From Saprolegnia diclina VS20 (lineage: Eukaryota), in the NCBI RefSeq assembly GCF_000281045.1, contig NW_008246116.1, positions 411,811 to 431,810 of the forward strand: a DNA stretch of 20,000 nt. The letters are read 5' to 3'. Below are positions 7,620 through 16,162 of the stretch, one piece after another. The notes beneath the pieces are model-generated. The model had not been told where the DNA came from and searched no databases. It was given only the letters and a program-made list of their open reading frames with translations. Both the position numbers and the translations under genes were made by a program. Position 1 is the stretch's first letter; the number at the start of each line of letters is the position of its first letter.

Positions 7620-10465
7620 CTACGTCGTGCTGGTCGAGGGGTCAACGACCACGATGCTGTCGTCGCTAAATAGGGCGTCGCGAATGGACTGGATCACGGT
7701 CAAGTTTCTTCGACTCGCCTCCTTCCAGAGTGCGTAGTTGCGCTTGGTCGCATTTTGGATCGGCCGGAACGCATCGGGGAAGACGACTTTGGACACCGTA
7801 TCGAAGAACGGGAGCACGATAAACTCAAAGAAACCGATTTGGTTCTACGCAAATTGGGGATCGTACCAGAGTTCACACCAGAATGTGAATACTACCTTGG
7901 CGCTATTCTCAGCCCATCGGTCCATGAAGGGCGAAATGTCGGTCACGGCGTCGCGCTCGGCGTCGCCTTGCACAAAGAATTCTTCAATGATCATGGACGA
8001 CCAGAGCCCGTGCAGTCGGACGCCTTTGGCCGAGTGGCCAATGTCGGCGCACTTGACGACCACCTGCACATGAAATTGTCTTCTTGCCCAAATTCAACTC
8101 AAAGTTACCTTCATGATGACGAGCGGGTCGTTGGCAATGTCGTGCTTCTCGTCCGAGAGGATCATGGCCTTGAGCGACCCGACGAGCTGGAGGTGCATGC
8201 TCAGGTCCGTCGAGAGCACCATTTCGATAATAGCCTTGCGCACGTCGCGGTAGTTCTTGTCCTTCATGTGCATGAAAATATCGCAGTTGGGGTTCTCTTG
8301 GCAAAGGAAGAACGACTCGGCGAGATGCATGTTTTCGAGCACGCTCTTGTCGCTGTACTGCAGCGCGAGGCGGTCCCGCGCCTTGATGATAAAGTTGTTG
8401 CTGCGGCCGGGATGTCGAAAGTCGTGGATCGCCGCGGCCACGAGCGCGGCAAAGAACTCGTGCTCCGTGAGCAAGTTGCGAATGTACCCGTCGCTGAGCG
8501 ACGAAATGAGGTAGTTGACCGAGCTGACCACGTCCGCGGCGTGAAACGCATTGTGCTATGCGACATTTCAGTATCAATATCGTCATCAACAAACATGCAA
8601 AAATGAAAAATACAATAGGTAAAAATGCGAAAAAATAAATACAAAATACAACAGCCAAAATGCAACATTCAATAACGTACGTAAGGGTTGCGCAAGTAGC
8701 CTTCGTCGATCGACAAGAGAAAGTTCTGGAGTGCCACGGGGTCGACCTTGACTTGGTCGTACAGGTGATGGAGCTCAAAGACCGCGAGACCGACGTAGAG
8801 CACGGGGTGGCCATGGCAGTCGAGGCCCAGTACGTCGAGGTTCCATCCGTCTTTGGCGATCCGCGCTTGGATTTTCTGAAGCGACATGGTCTCAATCTGC
8901 GGCATGTGACTCAAAAACACAGCACCGTGCTCGGACGTGAGCACGTGGCCGCTCGACTTGCTCCGGCCGTCGGGTCCGAGCGGCTGTTTGCGCCCGAGGG
9001 GGTTGTACTCCTTCTTTCCGAGCACTGAGATGGCCCAGTTCTTCGTGTCGACGTCGACGCCGTTGGACGAGCCCATTTGCGCGTTAATGTCGGGCGTAAA
9101 GAGGTTCGCGTCGAGCTTGGAGAGCGCCGAGATGATGCTCGAGAGTTTCAAACCGTGGTTGTCGTTGAGTTTCATTTCATCTTGGAGAATTTTCAGATCC
9201 GAAATGATCTTGTGCACAGGCGACTCGAGGTCAATGGTCGAGCCTACGCGTTTCATATGGAGATTCGACAGCAGCATTGCAAACGTCGTACCTTCGTGCT
9301 GCTTGGCGAGCTTGAGTTCATTTTTGAGATTTTTGTTTTCTTCGGCAATCGCCTCGCGCTGTTGGTAGGCAAACTCGGCTTCCTCTTCGACCTCGTGCAT
9401 GTGGAGAAACTCTTGACGGAGCATGCGCTCCATGTCGCGGTTTTGGAGAAAGAGCACGGTCGAGAAGAGCAGTGGGAAGCAGCACACGAGGATCTCGTTT
9501 GTGATAAAGTACTGGTTGGACGTGCGCGGGTACACGAGAAGCGTCAAGACCCCATACGAGACACTCGAGATGACGCTGACCTAACGCAGAATCCAGGATA
9601 GCACGCAACTCTCCGCTACATGGGATAACACACACACCAAAGCACCATTCGAGTTGCATTTGCACACCTCTCAAATGCAATCTCAAACATACAAAAGTGC
9701 AATCTCAAAAATACAAACGTGCACACTCAAAAATGCACAACAAAGGCGTACCGTGGCGGCGTGGGGCGTGTCGATGCGGAGCAATGGCACAAACACGGAC
9801 ACGAGGATCATGCGCAGCAAGTTGATGTTCATCGTGGCGGCCGGGAGGAGAATGTCGCCCATAAACTGAAACAGAATGTCTTTGCCCGTGCCCTGCATGG
9901 TCTCGTACGGCCAGACGCCCGTTTGCGACGAAAGCGTGTACGTGGCCGTGAGGTTGAACACATGCGCAGCTTGGAGCAACGTCGACATGTCGTCTTGAAT
10001 GTAGACGCTCCACTCGCGAAGGAGCGAGTGCATGCCGCCACCAATGATCGAGCACGTCCAGCAGAGCACAATGGTCGAGTAAATCTTGTGGTAGTAGGGC
10101 TGGAAGCGCTCGAGGCGCCCGAGATAGAGCAGGAACGGCACGGGCACCATGGACGGCACGACGTAGAGAAAGTACTCTTGGGACTGTTCTCGGATCGCTG
10201 GGTCCGTCGACGTGAGGTTGGTCAAGTTGGGCGAGACAAAGATAAAGTAGAGCAAGAGAAACGCGAGCACGATCTTGAACGACCGCGGCGACCACTCTTT
10301 CACCGCTTTTTCGAGGTAGAGTTTCTCGAGCTTGGGGTGGTTGACGAACCGCGCCGTGAGCGGGTGAAAGTGCACTGGCTCCGTTGGCTTGGGCATGCGC
10401 GTGCCCGTGTCCGAGAGCGAGTCCACTGACGGCACAATGCGCGTCGGCTTGTGGTCGAGAAGCAT
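7620..10465 (-). CDS. Membrane-bound class I 3',5'-cyclic-nucleotide phosphodiesterase (~801-817 aa). Exons 10465-9752, 9580-9292, 9243-8681, 8555-8109, 8063-7896, 7844-7620
   Basis: The spliced catalytic domain contains NPY|HNAFHAADV, AAAIHDFRHPGRSNNF (HDxxHxGxxN signature), SVLENMHL, STDL, KCADIGH, EFFVQGD and NQIGFFEFIV (invariant Gln). The N-terminus has about 6 hydrophobic segments followed by a coiled coil. GT-AG introns: 9751-9581, 9291-9244 (probable, stop-free), 8680-8556, 8108-8064, 7895-7845. The start at MLLDHKP (10465) is the first in-frame ATG I can find and is less certain. Confidence 0.92.
9676..9740. repeat. 22-bp minisatellite (x3) inside PDE intron 1
   Basis: TGCAATCTCAAACATACAAAAG (9676-9697), TGCAATCTCAAAAATACAAACG (9698-9719) and TGCACACTCAAAAATGCACAA (9720-9740). 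Confidence 0.8.
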
Positions 10466-11965
10466 GCGCGGTCCTTGGCGCGGCACTGTACTTGCGACCA
10501 ACCGGCGCGCCTAAAAATACGGCAAAACCCACAGACAAGTACGTTTTCGAAACGCTCAAGATGGCGACCCAAGCCGGTGATTTGACGCGCAATACCCAGT
10601 TTGTACTGTGGGAATCTCGTTTTGGCTTGACCACCCAACGTAATCAACGATAGATAGGGCCAAGAATCAGATTAATCCGATTATTGACCTTTGACGGTAG
10701 CTACAAGTGACTAGTGCAAACGATGAAAAGGGATGGCTTGTGGTCGAAGAGAGTCGTTTGAGATAGTAAGGTTTTGGCAGGTGGAGCATGTATTTGGATG
10801 GAAAGAAGATGTGGTTGAAAAGGAGATTTGGGCATTGGAAAAGTAGGATTTATGAAGGAACGAGTTAGTTGGAGACGAGGTTAGTACTCTAGTGTGTGTA
10901 TCTGGAAGGGTCGTGTAAAATACAATTTTTGATGCATTGCTACGAGCGTCAAGTAGACGAGGTGAGAAGCATACCATGGTGGGAAATGGCGAGGCGTGGG
11001 AAGAGCCCCGAGGCGGTCATGCGTGCTGCTGGCATGTTGCATTTAACGTTAGAGGCTGATTTAGAGGTGGCGTAGGTGGTCTCATCTCGGTAGCAGTGAT
11101 GGGGGCGATTATAGCTGTGGGCTTCCGAAGGTGGGTGTCGGTGAGTATTGCGTAAGGACGACTATGTGCAGCGAGCAAGGTGGTGTAAAAAGACTATACA
11201 TGATGCGGTGATTGGTGAGGAAGAAGGCGGGGGATGAGTATCCTTTCTTGTCGTGATGACGTGGCGCGCGCTGGTCGTTTCGTCGTCGTACCAACATATC
11301 ATCGTACTTGCCGTGGGGTGACTGCGTCGGGTTCTCAAGTCGCTCTTGAGCCCTCACGTTGTTTTCAGCTCCTCTCGGCCGAGACACTTGGAACGTTTGA
11401 GTCGTTGCTGTAGACGTAGTACTAGTAGGTGAACCCAGCGAAGAGAATGCCCTTCGGAACCCGAATCCGGCCAATAGGGGCACAGTCTCCGCTAGGTCGA
11501 GCGACTTGCTGCAAGCATACTAAGACAACTTCCACCGTAGGATTTTATTATCCACGTCAAGCAGCCACCACCGACGGTAGCTTGGCGCCTGGACGCAAAC
11601 TGAATAAGCCAAATGCGCCATGTCAAAAGAGAAACACTGTCTCCAATTCTGCCTACAAAGACACTGTTTCGTTTCCGTTGAACGTCTCTTCTAGCCGACA
11701 GACAACGGCCGATGTGAAAGGAACACTGGTCGGTCTCTGTGGTCCCGGACAGGATAGCCTACTAGCGATGTACTAGGGTTTATATGTTCGGTGCTCTCTG
11801 CGCGTTGGACCTACACAAAGAATCGTGGTCCGTCAAGCCTGCCATCGAGTTTTCCAGCCTGTCGGTTTTGAGAAACATAAAACGGAATCCAACCCGGTAT
11901 ACGTAGCTCAAGTCACGGCCGTTGACCAATGACCGACCACTTGGCGCAGACAGGGAGAGAGAGCG

Positions 11966-14122
11966 ATGGACCGAAGCGGGTCCGAGGCCTACGAGCTCGT
12001 CGGCAGCGCCAAGTCGCGCCTGGACGAGATCGAGCGCGACCGCATGGACCTCAAGATGGAGGTCGCCCACCTGCGGGTACGCTGCCAGCGCCATGGCCCA
12101 TGGCTCATGGCTGCGTGTTGCATGTAGAGCCGTCTCTTGGAGCGCGTCGGCGGCGACACGAGCGCGCTTGAGCTCGAGGAAGAGAGCTTCATGCTCAAGA
12201 AGGAGCTCATCACGAAGGAGCGCATGCTGGCCGAGCAGGCCGGGTATCTCTCGGGCCTCGAGCAGGAGCACCAGAAGGCGCTCATGAACCTCCAGAAGCT
12301 CGACGCGGCGTGGCGGGCCAGCGCCGTCAAGACGCAGCAACTCCAGGAGACGCTCGAGATGCACCAAAAGAAAGCGCACAGTCTTGATGCGATGCGCAAG
12401 GTGCTGCAAGCCCAAGACGAAGCGGCACGGGCCTTGCAGGAGAAGATCGACGAGCTCCAAGCAAGTCTCGCCGCCAAAGATCGCGCGGCCGCTTCCGCCG
12501 AAGTCGAGCTCCACGCTGCGACAGAGGACCTCGCCGCGGCTAGGATGGAGCTCCACGCCCAAGCGACGGCCAACGACGCCGTACACCGGTCGACGGCGCT
12601 CGACCTCGAGCACGCCAAGGAGAAGATCGCGCATGGGCAGGGCCAAGTCTCTGCGCTCCGCGAGCATGCCGAGCACCTCGAACAAGCCAACACTGCTCTC
12701 GAGACCTCGAATGGGCTCTTGAAGGCCAAGGTGCTGCAGCTCACGGAGGAGAACGCGGCTTCATCGATCCACGCGTCAACGTCCAAGTCCGACTACCAGC
12801 GTAAGGTACACGAATGCACGGCGCTTCAAGACGACGTTGAGAAGCTCACGGCCGACGTCTACACCCGCGACGTGGAGCTGCAGCTGTCGAGGCAAACAGT
12901 CGCAGCACTGGAACAGGAGCTCGACGAGACGCGACGCGAGCGCAGCCGCCTCGACGAGCGCGTCACTACCCTCGACACGCTGCTGGCAAGCACCAAGACG
13001 CAGTTGCACGCTGCAGAGAGCACGGTCCAGCGCCTCGAAGGCGCCTTCAACGCCCAAGTGCAGTCGGCGACGGAGCTCGAAGGACGCCTTGCCGAGACGA
13101 CGACCAAGCTCCGGGTCGCCGAGCAAACGATCGCGCACCTCGACATGTCGGTGCGTGATGCCAAGAAGGCTGCCGTCGACACGCGCGCACTTGAAGTTCA
13201 GATCACCAAGCGCATTGAAAGCGAGCTGGAGACGACGTGGCGGACCCAAGTGCTTGCGGCCGAACACCGAGCGCGCGAACTCGACGCCGCCTACGAAAAG
13301 AACCGACACGAGCTTATGACGTGGCAAAGCGACGTGTGTACGCGCCTTGGCGTCGCATCGCCAGCCGACGTAGCGCTCATGCTCGAGCGCCGCGACCACG
13401 AACACGCCGAGCTGCTCCGCTCAGTCGAGACACTCCAAAATGAGCTCCGTCGGGCCAAGACACAACCAAGATTGACAGAAGCAAAGCCCGTCACACCATC
13501 ATCGCCCAGCCTTTCGACCTGGACCCACGAGGTCGAGCGCACAGAGCGGTTCCGCTTGGGTCTGAGAAGAGACACCACAGCTCCAGTGGCCACATGCCCG
13601 ACGCCAGAGACCAAGCCGCCGCCGAAGATCAAGCCGCCCAAGACCGAGCTGACGCCCAAAATCACGCCGACGCCCGAGACCAAACCAGAGACCTCTAGAA
13701 CGACGACGTTAGTCAGTACGCACAAGCCATTGTCGCGCCCGGTGGACGCCAAGCCAACGACGCCACGGGCGCTGGACCTCTTCAAGCCGTCGCCACTGAG
13801 CTTTCGACCCGTCACCCTCCGCAAGCCGCTCGATCTGAAGGCTTCTGGTCCACGCTCGACACCCAGTCTCGTGAAGCCAGTGTTCCCTTCGACGACGCCC
13901 GTCGCAGCAACCACTCGGACAACGCCGACAACGACGCCGACGACAGTCTCGGAACCGAGGCGCCTCTTCCCGTCCCGTGGAACGCCCGAGGTACATGCGC
14001 GATCGACGGCGTCAGGGTCCACGCTACTCGGTCTCAAGCGCAAAGCTGGAGACCTCTCGCTGCCAACGCTGCCCAAGCCCAAGTTTTCCTTTGGCAAGTC
14101 GCGCTTCCCAAAGGCCCCATGA
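11966..14122 (+). CDS. Long coiled-coil protein (~701 aa) with a CM1/centrosomin-like N-terminus and a basic Pro/Thr/Lys-rich tail. Exons 11966-12076, 12128-14122
   Basis: Exon 1 (MDRSGSEAYELVGSAKSRLDEIERDRMDLKMEVAHLR) splices in phase 0 through a 51-nt GTACGC..TGTAG intron into the frame of ORF 12137..14122 (SRLLERVGGD...). About 450 aa of heptad-rich E/A/L/Q/K sequence follows, then a disordered P/T/K/S tail ending in SFGKSRFPKAP*. A CCAAT sits at 11926-11930. The gene model is solid; the function is inferred. Confidence 0.8.
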
Positions 14123-14263
14123 TGCCCCGAGCGTCTCCCTCGTCGCAGACCGTGAATTATAACCCATAAACCTAATTTAGAGCAACCCTATCCACCCTCG
14201 TTGTACATTTGCAAGAGAGCTGCAAGTGCAAACTGTACCGGATACGCCGCCAGTCGCATCCGG

Positions 14264-15897
14264 ATGGCCCCGACCAGCGCGTTCGCGTACGTCCTGCGGC
14301 GGACGCTGGGCGAGACTGCGCCCGGCGAGTTCATTCATACGTGGCATGCGGAGGCGTCGCGGGACCTGCAGCTCAACCAAGCCAAGGTGCTCCACAAGCA
14401 GGGCATGAACATCTGGCACATGGACCTCGAGGCCGCCGAAGACCGGTACCTCCTCGTTGGCACGGGCCTGGGCGCGCTGCATCTGTACGACGTGGCGGCG
14501 CTGGACGTGCCGGGCGTCGTCGCCGCCGACATCCAGCCGCTATGCACCATCAAGCCGCTACGTGGCAAGCTGCCGATGCAGCAGCAGCAGGTACGCCAGC
14601 TACCTGCAGACGACCACATCTTTCTTCGTACTAGGATCGACCAGGCCATGCGTCAGGCGTCACGAGCGTGAGCTGGTACCCGGTGGACAATGGCATGTTT
14701 GTCTCGACGTCGCTGGATGCGTGCGTCAAAGTATGGGACGCCAACGAGCTCGAGGTCGCTTCGTCGTTCTATCTCAAGGACCCCGTGCACATGGCCGCGT
14801 TCTCACCGTTGCCAGCGACGTCACACCTCCTCGCTGTGGGCACCGATCGGCCCGAAGTGCGCCTTGTCGACATTAGCATTGGCGCGGCCACGCACCGCCT
14901 CGTGGGCCACCGCGCGTCGATTCGGTCGCTCGCATGGTCGACAACGAACGCATTCCACTTGGCGACCGGCGCCACCGACGGCTCGGTTCGTATCTGGGAC
15001 ATTCGCCGGTCCGGTGCGACCGCGTGCCTCTTCTGCCTCAACCAAGACGGCGCAGCCGACGTGCCTCGACGTATCGAGGTGCGTCCTGCGGTATTGGCCG
15101 TCGCAAGGATATGTGGTCGTAGATGGCGTCCACGAAGCGCAAGATGAGCCACGACCCGCACATTGCGGCTGCTGCGTCGTCGGCGCTAGCCCACACGAGC
15201 GAAGTGCAGTCCCTTGCGTATACACCCGACGGTCGGTTCCTCGTGAGCTCTGGCGCCGACCGCGCAATGCGGCTCTGGCACGCCGCGTCCGGTGCGCACA
15301 TGGTACACCTTGTCACTTTGCACTTTGGACACGTCGTATGACGAGCGTAGTTTCATCATTACACGGGCATCAAGTGCTCGGGCGCCCGGCACGTGACGGT
15401 GGCGATGGCCCAAGAAGCAAAAAGCGACTCGACCATGGCAAGAGCGTTTGGCGAGTCCAAGCTCATTTGCGATGTGTAGCTATACCATCCGGTCGGCAGC
15501 CACGGCGTCATTGCCTCGTACCTCTTGCACAACACCGAGTCGACCGAGCCACTCACCAAGTACACGGGGCACTACAGCCGCGTCACGAGCTGCCTGTACC
15601 GCGCGTCGACCCGGGTAAGCTCGCTTTAGCGTGTTTGTTGGGAAACATTGGCGTAGGAACTTTTGAGTGGCGGTGAAGATGGTTTGATTGGGATCTGGCG
15701 TCCACCCGAACGTACTCTGGTGCGAAATTTGTCCAGACGATCGAGGTGATGCTCATGCAATGGACGTGTAGTTTGCACCGTCCACCGAGGACGACGACGA
15801 GCAAGTGCCACCGCCGAATGAAGACGCGTGGAGTGATGACGAGGCTGCACCAAGTGATCGCTTTGTGCCTCCGATTCTAAGGCGTGAACAACCATAG
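14264..15897 (+). CDS. ERCC8: DNA excision repair protein ERCC-8 / Cockayne syndrome A WD40 protein (~453 aa). Exons 14264-14590, 14635-15078, 15123-15302, 15351-15437, 15480-15614, 15657-15719, 15772-15897
   Basis: CSA-typical segments: MDLEAAEDRYLLVG...LYD, SVSWYPVDNGMFVSTSLDACVKVWDAN, VRLVDISIGAATHRLVGHR, LATGATDGSVRIWDIRRSG, AHTSEVQSLAYTPDGRFLVSSGADRAMRLW, GHYSRVTSCLYRASTRELLSGGEDGLIGIW and a C-terminal EDAWSDDE. Six phase-0 introns of 42-52 nt; total CDS is 1362 nt. Confidence 0.92.
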
Positions 15898-15944
15898 TCG
15901 AGTACAGTACAGCTAGAGTCGAGTACATACAGCTAGAGTCGAGT
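15896..15944. repeat. 20-21-bp tandem repeat (x2.4) at the ERCC8 stop / 3' UTR
   Basis: AGTCGAGTACAGTACAGCTAG, AGTCGAGTACA-TACAGCTAG, AGTCGAGT. Confidence 0.8.
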
Positions 15945-16036
15945 CCATTGAAAGCCTCGCGACTTGGCGAGCTTGATACATTTCCGAGTATCAACCCAAC
16001 AAGCCAGTGCCAGTGCATCGACGATGGACGATTTGG

Positions 16037-16140
16037 ATTGGTTGAAACTCCTACCATAATGCATTCGATTGGGCGTTCACGGGTAGAAAATGGACCAATG
16101 AAAAACGGCGAAAAACAGGCGGCTTCATTTTGGGCCATTC
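16037..16140 (+). promoter_or_regulatory. Candidate promoter of the Smr gene: CCAAT boxes plus an Inr-like element
   Basis: ATTGG at 16037 and 16068, CCAAT at 16095 and Inr-like TCATTTT at 16125-16131, all within about 130 nt upstream of the ATG at 16163. Confidence 0.45.
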
Positions 16141-16162
16141 CGCCTCGACGACGACGACGACG

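Noticed and set aside
8565..8590. TGATGA...CTGA (C/D-box-like) on the minus strand in a PDE intron
   Set aside because: The boxes are only about 10 nt apart, too short for a snoRNA.
15477..15482. Stop-codon readthrough (TAG CTA) as an explanation for the in-frame stop in ERCC8
   Set aside because: A 42-nt GC-AG intron of typical length with a typical GTAG acceptor explains it more simply.
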